NCBI GenBank assembly: GCA_040143965.1
Contig: JASJQH010000036.1
Location: 1 to 41,762 of the forward strand
Direction of reading: 5' to 3'
Length of the DNA: 41,762 bases
From: Basidiobolus ranarum
Taxonomy: Eukaryota
Shown here: in pieces, positions 14,201-26,401 of the stretch
Position numbering within the stretch: position 1 is the first letter of the stretch
Layout: every line of letters begins with the position of its first letter
Program-made: the position numbers and the translations under genes
The notes under the pieces: model-generated
The model's database searches: none
Told to the model about the DNA's origin: nothing
The model's input: only the letters and a program-made list of their open reading frames with translations

Positions 14201-14913
14201 GGGGAAATGATGATGAAGATGATATTCAAAACTTTGATCATCTCAACGAAGCATTAGAATGGTGTGAGAATATTTTGCTCCAGGCATATTACAAGAATAA
14301 ATCACACACCCTGGAACCGAAGAAAAAGACCATTGACATTACCGAAAGTCAAAGACAGGAAGTACCACCCCCTATGGATAACTCACTGGTTTCAGTTCGT
14401 CAGATGCATCTTTACGAGGCCGCTCATAATGCTTTGCAAGGTGACAGTCATGCTTATACCAATTTCCCTCAACCTCTGGCCCTTCTTTTGCAAGCTTTCC
14501 AAGAAATTTCTGGCTCCAATGAAGAATTCCTATTCCGTCTTAGTTCACACTTTGTCCAATGGGAGGTCGCCCAAGGAACTGTTGTTTGGGCTCAAGGAGA
14601 CGAACCAGAGGCCCTGTTCCTCGTAGAACAAGGCCTCCTACGAATGAATGTAGAGAAGGCTAATGCTACCAAGGTAGTTGAATCAGTACTACCTGGAACC
14701 ATGGTAGGCGAGCTTGGTTTCTTCTCCCAAAGACCTCGAGGTAGTACTTTAGTGGCGGAACGGGATTCAGTGTTATGGAAACTTTCCAAAGCTGAATTTG
14801 AAAAATTGTGTGAAGAAGAGCCTGCATTAACCGTGAAATTCATGAGACTTGCTCTTGCCTATTCCGCTGAGGGATTGAAAACCATGACTACTCACGCTTT
14901 TCATTTGATATAA
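11230..14913 (+). CDS. SLC26/SulP-family transporter with STAS and C-terminal cNMP-binding-like domain (yeast Vsb1/YGR125W-like), ~11 introns
   Basis: Motifs [64 protein letters not shown] and [15 protein letters not shown] domain: [26 protein letters not shown]. cNMP-like domain: [36 protein letters not shown]. Stop TAA at 14911-14913. Includes a 22-nt microexon (~12359-12380). The first intron boundaries and start are less certain. Confidence 0.88.
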
Positions 14914-15776
14914 TATTAGGAATTTTGTTGCTACATCAGCAGTTCTCAATATACACACCACTTTAACTATTTCTTTTATTGCATGATACGAAGCTAGATT
15001 ATAAATAAACATGATAATGTCCAATCTGCCTTTATATTACTCTTTCAACATGATTCAATTCTATTTTTTTTCTTGTTGAATTCTTGAGAAATGAGTTTAA
15101 TTATAGGAACAAACCTAAAGTGCACGAGTAAGTGAGCATCCTGATGTTGAGATGTTAAGAATATAGAACCAGATGTACGGACTCCAAACCATTATATTAC
15201 GAATAATGTATAAAAAGATTTACAACGGAGTAGGAAAGTTAACGGTTCAAACTGGTATTGGAGTTATAGAACCTAATCTACTCAGAAATGATCTTCTATA
15301 GTACAAAAAAACTCGAACTGACTAAATATTGCGCTGTCTATGACTTCCACTATGAAACTGTAAGAAAAGCGGGAGTCACACATAGTCACTTGATTTGATG
15401 GTGTTTCGAGCATAAACTGGAGAAGTTTGATGTGTTCCGAAAATATTGTATTTTCATATACTGACATCATTCAAATCATGATGCGTAAGTATTGTTGGGT
15501 TACTTCTCGAATGATTTTTCATTTCTACATACGCAATGCAATTGTTAGTACAGTCTACATCAATCAAATCATGATCCAGGGATGCGATTGCCAATTATAC
15601 ATTTAAGCCTAGGTTGGGAAATTTATTTAATTCAAGCTTTAACTTTTCCAGTTACTGTCGTATTATATCAGTTCTTATGAACTTTGACAAATAAGAATAG
15701 TTTTATAACTCGATAGTTCACTTGAATTTCCTTTCTGTACTGTTTTTATCCCCGTCAATCGAAATATGCCTTTTAG

Positions 15777-18700
15777 ATGGAAGAATATAATAACGCAAGA
15801 GAAAGACCTATTTTATTGGTTGAGGCCGAAGATGCCACAGTCAAACTTGATAAAACGTAAGTCTATTTTCTCTCGAGATATCCCCAAGCTTGCTAAAATA
15901 TTGACTCTATTTACGTGTAAATAGGACCCAACAATCTAGCACCTCGCGAAAGCGTAACGAGAAACGCTCGAAAGTAAATAAGAACAAGAAATCTACCTCA
16001 AATTCACAAAAAGACAAACGTCCTGAAGAGGGATCCCTTCTTGTCCCGAATCTACAACGGAGATTTCATTTGTTGAAAAGAAAGCCATCAATCTTGGTGA
16101 ACGGACTAACTCCTCGCGAGAAGAGCCAGGAAACCCCTCCCCTAAGAGCATTAGAAAAAGAAGTTCGCGTTCCAACGCGAAGCAAAAGAAGGGCACGAAA
16201 GATTTATCCCATGAAGAGATGCAGGTGTTCTCGAGGGGTGAGAAGAAAGGGAATGCTTCTCGACTTTGGGCTCCTGATTCCCAACCAACAGTAATTTCTA
16301 ATAAGTGTGTTTTGTGGTTTTGATTTGAAGTAACAGTCAGCAGGTGCTAAATTCTTGCCACTCCTTAATAGAAAAGTGGATGGACCTTCTCTACAGGCAA
16401 CTCAAAATGAAGCACCTTCAAAAACAACGAGTCAAGCTAAGCAAGCTTCTAATCAGAAAGAGAGTTCAACTCCGCTTCAAAAATACTGTGGAGAGTTGAA
16501 AAAACTGGAACAGCAAGTTGGGCACTACGTTGAAAAAATGCAGTATCCCAATGAATGGGAGAAAACCCTTTCTTTCCATGCTAGGTAGCTAATATCATTC
16601 TAAAGTTGCGATTGGAATTCTTGAACTCACCTCTTTTTAGGCTGACTTCAGTTTATCGAAAGGTGATTACTCTTGATTATGAGTTTTCAGTTAAGCATGA
16701 CATAGAGCAAAGAATGTGGAAGTTGGGCTTCTATTCCATCATTGAGAAGTTCCGCAAGTTGATTCAGGTTTGTTGTTTTGCATTAAGTGCTATTCTTTGC
16801 AAAATGCTCATTGTCCAATATAGTCAGATCAGGATGTTGAGTGGAACAGGAGACATCTTGTGGATGTATTCCAAACCTTCTTGAAGCAAAGCGGCCATTT
16901 CTATTCAAATCTCTTGAGTAAAACGCAAAGAAGTATGGAGAGATGTTATAGCTCGACTAAAGAAACAGGTAGCGTAGCCTCTAAGCACTCCTGCGGAGAC
17001 ATATTACTAATTGTTTAAATCACAGAGCAATCCAACCACGGACAAAAAAGAATCAGCCAATACAAACAAAGTTATCACCGAAGTATAACGTTTCTTGGAG
17101 ATATCGGTAATTTTGCATTCTATATAGTTTACCTTACTTTTTGCTAACACGCCTGCAGCTCGATACAAAACCATGTATTCTGGCCTGAAATCTAAGAACT
17201 GGTCATTGGCAAAAAGCATCTATACTAAAGCTGCGGCACTCTCTCCCAACAATGGTAAGTGGTACATTGAACTAGCGGTTGTTGCTAATACTAATTCAAG
17301 GGGAATCAGGGAAATCTTACAATCAAATGGCGATAATAGCAACATACGAAAAAAACCCTTTTGACAATGTCTATTTCTACTATAGAAGGTAAAACCCCAT
17401 TCACAAACTGTTGATTTCCAAAATTAATCATTGCCTGCATGAAAAGCTTGTCTGTCCCTCATCCGTTTATTAGCGCTCGAGAAAGCCTGGCGATCATTTT
17501 TGAGCAAAACCGGCAGCACTTGGTTGAGAAAGTGGGATCAAAACAACGAGTCGAAAAGTTCTCTTCTACGATGCGAAAGAAAACCGACGCAGCTCTTTTC
17601 AAGCCAGACGGAGAAGGCCTGCAATTGCTATATGATATTTTCGTCAGAATCCAAGGTATTCTTTTTACTAAGATCAGGTATGTTGCAATTGACTTTCTTC
17701 TAGTGCATGATATTTTGTTCATCCTCATAATACCTAGCATGGAAACATTTCCAGAGTTGAGAAACCTCGTTTTATATCTATTTGAGCATGCCCTGGATCA
17801 TGAATCTGGATTTGCTAGCATGAGAACCAACGATGCAATACTCAAGATGGAGACAATGAGCTTCTTTAATTTATATGGATTTTCTGTTCCTGGCAAGTTG
17901 CCTTCCACATACTTTGAGAATTGTTCGATTTTTATTTATAGTTGATATATGCATAGAACCCCCAGATTTTTCTTCAAAAGACATGATGGCGTATGCTACA
18001 GCTTTAGTTTTTCTGTTAGATTTCTCTATTTTGATCATGAAAGCATGTAGTACGGAACTGAATCACCAGAGCACTAGCAACAACTCAATCAAGGGGTTGG
18101 CTTCCAATGAACGCATAGTATCTCTTCTCCAATACGTAGCGCTACTAGCCAGGTGGTTAGTCTTAAACATCGAATCTTGGATTTGGATAAATGAGTACTA
18201 CGATAACGATGCGATGATTTCATTATATCCAGAATTCCCCCAGGTATGACTTTTTGTTATTCACTTGCATATCAACGCATAACCAAACTTAACTTTGTTT
18301 ATCGGGAATTCCCTAGACATTTAAACAGTTCTGGAGTTGTATGACCCTTTTAGCAAACAGTTTGAAGCAGCTAAGTTCTAACTTTGAGGACAAACCTCTG
18401 CTTGAATATGAAGACTTTGAAATTCAGCAATTGCCCGAATTTAAATTTATCAATGGATTTGCGCCTCTTTGTGAAAACTCTCCAAACACAATTCATTTGT
18501 ACCTTGAGCCTTTGAGCGATTTGTTTACTCCTTTCGATGCATCTGAGAGCGATTTCTCAGGTTCATCTGATTCTGAAGAGGAAGAATCACCTTATGAAGA
18601 AAGCATTGCCTCGAGTCAAGATACAGGTTTGTTTTTATTCAGCTACTCCGAGAACGCTTTCTTTTTACTTAAGTATGCAAACTTACTAAAAATTGGAATA

Positions 18701-19948
18701 GAAGAACTATTGCACATCAGGGTACTGTCCATTTTGAAGGATTTGGATTATCTAGCGGCGTTAAGTGTATGTGTTGTATGGCAGATATACTCGTGTTTTG
18801 AAAACAGTACTGACAATCTGATCTAACAACTACTAGAAACCTGAGATCTTCCATTATGACTCTTTCTCGCATATGTTCGAGACCAGTCTCATATCTAAAA
18901 CCCCTCCCACTGAGATGAGCCCTTCCAAGGCCCCACATAGAGTTATAAGTATTGATATAACAAAACCCAAGGTAAGAATGAGCACTCTTTTTTCATCAAT
19001 GGCGCGAACTAAGTCATGACTTATTAGGCTATGAAGCAAATTGAGCCTGAAAACTTCAGTGAAGAAGAAGGAGATGAGAAGAACACTAACGACCTTGAAG
19101 TATTGGATGAAATGGTCGAAGAGATCAGAAAAGAAATACATTCGAAGATATCTCTTGAAACAGATGACCCTGATAATGATACGATTGGGAATCTCAAGGT
19201 ATGTACGCATTCTCTAGATAAATCACTCTAAAGTGGATTCTTATGTCTCAAATCAATTAACTAGGCCCGGAAAGATGAGCTGTTGGCCCTAACAGAGCTT
19301 CGTTCTCAAATGCAGCTAGAGAATCCTCGCAAAACAGCACACGGAATCCGATTGAAATCAGATTACACGATTGTTATATTTGATACAAACAACTTTGTCT
19401 CGGAGTTACGATTGATCCAACGACTTCATCGAACCCAAAAATTTGTCATTTCTGTTCCTTTAGTGGGTAGGTGTATCATGTAAACATGAAAAATCCTATA
19501 AATTCTAACAAAATCACTAGTTTTCACAGAACTTGAGGGCCTAAAAAAGAACACCAGATCCACCCTAGGCCCAAAGGCTCAACGCGCTCTAGAATGGTTA
19601 GAAAGCGAATTCCTGCAGCAGCGAAACCAAGCGAAAACCTACCTCCGGGCTCAAACTAGCAAAGGAAATTTCCTCAGGGATATCACCTTACGTAATGAGC
19701 TTTGGCATGATCAAACAGATGGTGTGAACATCTCGGCCAGAAGCGCGATAAACGATGATGTCATCCTACAATGCTGCTTGTATTTCATTAACAATAACCA
19801 GGAATCGGGATATCATAACCCTGTGGTTTTAGTGACGAATGATGTGAATATGCGTTTGAAAGGGTATGCAAAGTATATTCCTGTGGCCACAGTTTTTGAG
19901 TTTCGTAAGAGGCTACGCATCGATTGCGGAATTAATATATCTCGATGA
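15777..19948 (+). CDS. SMG6: SMG6/EST1A-like protein: Est1/TPR region plus C-terminal PIN endonuclease, ~16 introns
   Basis: Est1 motifs: IEQRMWKLGFYSIIEKFRK, FLGDIARY, AAALSPNNGKSYNQMAII, YFYYRSLSVPHPFISARESL. PIN motifs: VIFDTNNF, VPLVVFTELEGLKK, NDDVILQCCLYF, VVLVTNDVNMRLKG. Stop TGA at 19946-19948. The reading frame of exon 2 is ambiguous (see findings). Confidence 0.85.
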
Positions 19949-20311
19949 CATCTTCGAGGCCGTTTACGACGCGAGTAATTGCCTTTGCGTTCAAGCCATC
20001 TCTTGATCGTTTTAAAAAACGAATCTTTTTAATAATTTGAAATAAAATCTTATCTCTGTCTATTAAGCGTTTGTTCATCTTCTGGTACTTGACCCAGTTA
20101 CCGGCTATTCTGTTACTGCAATTGTGTGTAAATGTTTATTTATTTCGAGTGCATATTTACTTCCAGTTTGATACAAATAGAGTCCTATTTTTCATGTAAT
20201 ATTTACGTTATTAACATAAGCATATATTTATATATATACAAATCGTTTTCGCTGCATACTAACTTCCGAGAGCAGGTTGTGCCTTATAAGAATCGTCTAT
20301 ACCGTGAAGGC

Positions 20312-21310
20312 TTAAAACGTCTTGGCTAGTAGCTCAGCTGTAATCAATCCTTGAGGTTTGTGAAATTTATCTAAAACCGGTAAGACACTAATAGAGTTTG
20401 AATTCTCTTGAAAGATTCTCAAAGCTTCATCTGCCATATCATCCGCAAAGCATGAAACTGGATCTGGAGCCATCACATGTTTCGCCTGTAGTTGAAAGAA
20501 TTGCTCACGAAATTCTAATGAGCGGCGAATTTCTTCATCATGAATTATTCCAATGACGGATTCTCCAGCTTCGTCCAAGACTAGAGTGGCTCCACAACGT
20601 TTTCTCATTGACACTGACAGAACTTCTGCCATACAGGTATCTTGACTTACTGCTGGCACATCCTCAAATCTATACATAATATCCTTCACTTTGAGTGTCA
20701 ATTTTTTACCTAAAGATCCACCGGGGTGATTCAAAGCGAATTGCTGAGCGGTGAATACTCGGAGCTTCATCAAAGTCATAGCAATGGCATCACCCAGGGC
20801 CAAGGCTACTGTGGTAGAAGAGGTAGGAGCGGGCACATGAGGACAGGCCTCAGACTGGACATATCCATCTATCCAGGCGTCACATTTCTGCGCCAATAAA
20901 GATTGCTTATTTCCACCTAGACCGAGAAGCTTTACACCTCTTTTTTTGAAAGAAGGTATCACACGAAGTAGCTCCTCGGTGTTTCCAGTGTAACTAAGTG
21001 CAAGAACTACATCTTTGGCTTGAACGAGTCCCAAATCTCCATGAAGAGCTTCGGTAGGATGAAGAAATACAGCTACACTTCCGGTACTCTGTAGAGTAGC
21101 AACGATCTTCTGAGCAATTTTCCCAGATTTTCCCACTCCAGTTACTATGATTTTACCTCCTTTATCCAGGGACTTTTGTAGCAAGTAAATCACCCGACTA
21201 AAACTGACGGTGTCTTGAGCGATACGTGCTGCACAGTCGAGAACTGCATTTCCTTCATGATTCAATACACGTACAGCTTCACCAACAATCTCATCGATAT
21301 ACATTAGCAT
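20312..21310 (-). CDS. kdsD: KpsF/GutQ/KdsD-family arabinose-5-phosphate isomerase (SIS + 2 CBS domains), intronless
   Basis: Single ORF, likely start ATG at 21310 (MLMYIDE). Family motifs: TGVGKSGKIAQKIVAT, FLHPTEALHGDLG, LSYTGNTEE, EACP..APTSSTT..GDAIA, FALNHPGGSLGKKL. CBS pair follows (VKDIM..PAV..GII..; VM..P..LPVLD..GLI). TATA-like CTATAAAT lies ~75 nt upstream on the minus strand. Confidence 0.9.
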   Translation of the reverse strand: MLMYIDEIVGEAVRVLNHEGNAVLDCAARIAQDTVSFSRVIYLLQKSLDKGGKIIVTGVGKSGKIAQKIVATLQSTGSVAVFLHPTEALHGDLGLVQAKDVVLALSYTGNTEELLRVIPSFKKRGVKLLGLGGNKQSLLAQKCDAWIDGYVQSEACPHVPAPTSSTTVALALGDAIAMTLMKLRVFTAQQFALNHPGGSLGKKLTLKVKDIMYRFEDVPAVSQDTCMAEVLSVSMRKRCGATLVLDEAGESVIGIIHDEEIRRSLEFREQFFQLQAKHVMAPDPVSCFADDMADEALRIFQENSNSISVLPVLDKFHKPQGLITAELLAKTF

Positions 21311-24300
21311 CTTGATAATAACGTTGTATTTTGTTCTGTAGAGGATAGTGGTAATGTTGAGAACCAAGTGTGGGGCATTGCCAATTTATAGCAGATCTTG
21401 AAACCAAGTTTACAAATAATTTGAATTCATGGAGCACCTTCGATTGATTATCCAGAAAAGCCTCCATATCATTGAACAGTAAGCAAAAGGTCCATCGGAT
21501 AGATTTGATGATGCTCTGTTATGAATCGCACGCAAATTGAAAATGAATCTGATGGGTTCGCAATCTCAAATCGATTATGCATTGTCTTTCAATTATGCTC
21601 TTTCAAAAGCTGCAGATAGTAAGTGTTCATTCATGCCTGTATCTTCCAATTTAACTCGATGATACTTCGTGGGTTTGATTTGACATTTGTGCTTACCCCT
21701 TCATATGCTCTAATAGGCATTATTCTGTGGTTCTCTTGGTCACCTAACTGGTTCAATGTATCTGAGTTCTCATGATTGTCACGGAAGCATCGAGGCATAA
21801 TGATAACATCTTAGACCTTCTCAATCTCCGTTGGTGCATATTTTTAACTAGTCTTATCCTTCTATCGTATCAAGAATACTGACATACCTTCCAGGAAGGA
21901 TTATTTTTAGCATTACACTGAATACACACGATCTGAAGTCTATACCCACTTCTTCCACGATACTGACATCAAAGCCAAGTGTCCTCGATTTACCAGCTAC
22001 TCGATGGCTAACCTAGTCATGGAGTCCCAGATGCACGTGCTCATTCCATCCATGGCAAGCGGAGACGATTGTCGATTTTGATCCAAGCTGAGCACTAGTA
22101 CTTACGGGTTTAAAACCTCAACGGTATGCATATAGATGGTTTTCTAGAATATGATGGATCTGGCACTTTCACTGCTGAGATTTCAAACGCGACTAGTCAC
22201 ATTTACAGTTTGTATTTCCAATCGATTTTCCATCGAGGGTAGTTCGTCCAGTTGTGATCAAATCAATAATGAAACTATTTAGTAGATCGATGCCAGGCCG
22301 TGAAATCCACCCAAGTGATTAAAATACTATAATCATCCCGATGCTTGATTGCTCAGTATTGGTTTGAAAGACACTCATCTTGATCGTATCGATTTGAGGA
22401 CATAAGCATGTCGTCATTTAGTTACAATTCGATCTACTTTATTAACCTTGAAAGTAAGTCTACCATGGTCGATGGTTGTTTGTAATAGTATGATCGATCC
22501 ATGAGTACGAAATGGAAAGTCAGAAGCATTCCCCATAGACTTGATCGCTAGATACGACATGTCATTCACAGCGATTGAGGGTATGAACCAGAGATACGCT
22601 GAGATGCATGGTCTGGGAAGCCTCCTTCAAAAGATGGGCCATCCAACGAATACCTAACTTGCATGACAGATCTAACTTGTGTGTATTCCTCCACCTAATG
22701 CTGGTTTGCTGAACAAACCCAATTTCGTACGTAGTCTGGGTCGAGGGGTTTGGAATGATAAACATGTTGCCCAAAGCCATGAGGGATTTTTAAACAAAGT
22801 TACTTCGGGTGATTTTTAAATACCAACCAATTGTTGAATACTCGTACAATCACTTTCATCAAAGTGTATCGTATACATGGTATTGAATATGCAACTAAAT
22901 CATCGGTGGCATGAATCCCTATGGATTTAATCTTGAGACAAAGTTTTTCAATATTGTACCTCCCTCCCTCCCTCCACTCGAAGTCATTAGAGACCTGTAA
23001 CAAAAGTTCATCAAATGTCATAATAAATTGACATATGAGCTAATCCAACAATCCCATTATTATCCTAGTTTGTCTCACTCAGAATAATAATAATAACGAG
23101 ATGAATTTAGATATCTCATGTAAAGGCAGGTCGTTTATGGCCAAAGTATTTGGTCATGACAGAGAATCCTTCCACTAGACAAATATTATACTTTTGACGA
23201 ACTTAAGAAATATAATGGTAACCAGCTCGCCCCCTGTTTAACCGTAAAAGATGTAGTGTTTGATGTTACTACTAGATGATAAAGTATGAGCCAGGCACTG
23301 GGTTCCATGTTTTCACTAACGACTCCCCACACGTTAAATTTGAAGATTACCATGGCATTTCGAAGGCCATTGAAGGAAATAAAAACAAATGGTTTGAAAT
23401 ACTTTTAAGGTACTAGCCTGTTGGCCGAGTATTGCAATAACCTTCGCTAAATCGATCTTCCATTCGTACATTCTTTTATATTTCATAAATATCCTATTAA
23501 AAACAATGACAATCTAAAGCAGCTTAAAATAATGTACGAGTAGTACTAGAGAAATATGTTATTCAGTTCCGAGAACAGCAGAGCAGTGTATAATATTTTC
23601 CTTGACATAGCTTGAAACTCTTGTTAGCAATAAATGTCGAGCTTTTTGTACTTTTATTCTTTGAGATTGTTTTAGTACATCAATCAGGAAACAACTAAAC
23701 CAAAAGTATATTGCATTGTTGCAATCATAACGTCTGTTCTATTCAAATTCAAGATGTAAGTTATATAAATATTCTTTAAATTTTTACAATCAAATTGGTA
23801 TCTAGATCATTTTACCCTTTTGGTTATTTTAGTGGGAGTGAGCTTTGTTGGGCTTGAATTATCAGAGGAAACTTCTTATTATCCATAGAGCCCTCTATCC
23901 TGTTTCTTGATAGTTTTGGTTTTCATTTATAAGCAGTTGTGAGGTTTAGCACCCTTGATGTTGTGATTCTTCGTGGATTCTGTTTTTTGACCACAAGTGC
24001 AATATAATTTATGTTATTTGTGATAGAAACGACAGCAGCGAGGCTTATTTAGCGATACGTTTAACCAGACAATATTAGAATAAGTTATATCTTTGTTAAA
24101 GAAATATGGTATGCTAATATCGAAATCCAACACAAAACAAGATGGGCAATATATCTGAAGAGATGATATGTAGTTGTGGATAAAATAAGGGTTGTTGTTA
24201 TAGGTAACTACGATCTAGTATAGAATCGCAGTCAAGTATGAAATAAGTTCACCAGATCATTAGAAATGCTTTTGACTGCCAAATCAAACTAGCACCATCA

Positions 24301-24386
24301 GTTTATCTTTATTTCGATTTTTATAAATGTCAAATCCCATAAGCATGAAAATAGAGACAGGAAGACCCGGTTTTAGCACAGTATCA

Positions 24387-25735
24387 TTAACGTATTAATA
24401 GCAAATTGTAATCTTTCCTTGGCTTTGAAATGTTCATAATTTCTTGAGAGAATTCCGAATATCTCGGCTCATTATACGCTGATGCGGCAAACTTTAATAA
24501 TTGTGCGAATAATTCAGTAGAGCCTGTATCACTGATGTCTGGATATGGCCAGCTTTTCTCTCCGAGAGCGAAAGGAATCAGATAGTCTGTTGCCAGACGA
24601 ATTGATCCGCCTTCTGGAGATTGATAGTTCCATAAGTCAACACCTAGTAATGAAGCAGTACTTGCGAGACGGAATAAACCGCTAAGATTGAAAATTGAGT
24701 AATACCATGAGTTTGGACGGGATACTTCGTGAGTTTGTACACCTTCTGAAGTAATCTGAGCGGCGATACGACGAGTGGCAACATTTTGTACCGTTTGCAT
24801 AACCAGATCCATTTTGCCAAGAAATTGGGTGATACTCAGGTATTGGTAATCGAAAAAGGTTCCTTGAAATTATTAACTGTTAGTAGTCATGACATATGCA
24901 TTCATTTTGCAAGTAGATCGGAACAAATGATACCATGATTGTTGAGGGATCCTTGTTCTTCGTCACGGAAAGGTGTAGAGTGAAGCCAGCTCAAGTACTC
25001 CTCAAACCATGTTGTCAATCCTTCCTGTATCAGGGGATTCCATTCTGGCGTAGTTTCCAGGATGGGGATAACGTCTAGCATGTCTCCAATGACACTCATA
25101 TCGATAAGACCGGTTCTCCGACCAGTACTTTGTCCTTTCACAAGAGAAGCGAAATTTAGGTTCGGATCCATTTTCTTGTTTGTATCAATATACCAGGTTT
25201 GCAATATATCAATCGCTTTAGTGGCCAATGTCTGATTCCCAGAGAAATAGTATGCGAATCCCAAATCTCGTACATATTTGATCTAGAAGGTGGTAAGGTT
25301 AATACAGCAATAAACATGGGTTCTCGTGATAAACCCTAGTGATACACAACATACCATGTTCCTAAGACGAGTGTAATCTGGTGCGTCACGGATTTCTTCA
25401 TTTACATGTCCGTCTTGACGAATATATGGAAGACCATCTGGCTTTGTCGCGTCTGGCCAATAGTATCGAGCCAAACTAAGATAATCATGAGGATTTCCAG
25501 ATGGTGGCAGTTCCTCTTTGTCCACGACTGTCAATATCTCAGTAATGGATGCCGCCTTGTTCGCTTGTGTCAACAAATACCGATAGGACTCGGCTAGATT
25601 CTGATCGCCATCATTGCCTAGTGCAATTTTGTGTTGTTCCAAGACCGACGGATCAGTGCAAATAAAATGGAATGTTCCACTGACGAAAGTGATGAAAGCC
25701 GCATTTACTTGGATTAATAAAGCTAGGTACCGCAT
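24387..25735 (-). CDS. Secreted alginate-lyase-domain (PF05426-type, PL38-like glucuronan/alginate lyase) protein, 2 introns
   Basis: N-terminal hydrophobic signal-like peptide MRYLALLIQVNAAFITFVSG. Motifs: PPSGNPHDYLSLARYYWPD..GLPYIRQDG, WYID...MDPNLNFA, NNHGTFFDYQ, QI..EG.Q.HE..R..SWYYSIFNL, VDLWNY..GGSI..A.DYLIP. Exons 25735-25355, 25282-24934 and 24862-24387, joined by GT-AG introns of 72 and 71 nt. Confidence 0.85.
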
Positions 25736-26401
25736 TCCTCAGGAAGACTAATAAGTAATATTACTAAAAAGATAGATAGATTGACGTTGTAGGTGCTCGT
25801 TTAAGTACCAGCAGAATCCCATCGCTCACTATTTAAAGAGGTTACGAAGGCATATACTTAGGATTAAGCTATTTTTGTTTAACCTAATCTTTAGTACAGA
25901 GATAGGATTTAATAAAGCATTGATCTAATTTGTTGCAGGATTAAGCGTTTTGGTGGAAATTAAAACTAAACTAAAGCAATTCGTTGATTTGGAACAAAAC
26001 AATGCAATCTTCGAGCTTATAATACATAGATTGGTAGCTATTTTAGAGCCCAATTCCATTAGATATGGAAAAAATAGATTATCAAATGATGTTGACTTGG
26101 TAACCTTGTGGCTGAATAGTGGAAATACATGCATACTTTCCCTCTTAACACCCGAATCCTATAAAAAAGTATTTGTAGCGTATACAGGCTGATTCACGGG
26201 AATAATCCTGATACGTTCAGTGAAGACATTAATCTCAAACTCATCCTTCTCATCTCACTTGACAATCAGATTTTCACGGAACCTCCCGCTAACCAAAAAC
26301 ACTTGAAATACATTTGATCTTAAGAACATATTATCAAAGACAGAGTTTGATATACGCCATGAGCTCCTCTTCCTCCACCGTTATCCTATCCAACATCACT
26401 G

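Noticed and set aside
21304..21378. Short out-of-frame ORF (MPHTWF..SRC*) overlapping the kdsD start
   Set aside because: Its ATG is within ~10 nt of the TATA-like box and so is probably upstream of the transcription start.
21492..21555. TGATGA...CTGA with a flanking inverted repeat, resembling a C/D snoRNA
   Set aside because: The box spacing (~45 nt) is too short, the stem overlaps the D box, and no rRNA guide was recognised.
21400..24300. Scattered splice-like signals and 60-75 aa ORFs between kdsD and the lyase
   Set aside because: No coherent spliced ORF could be assembled on either strand.
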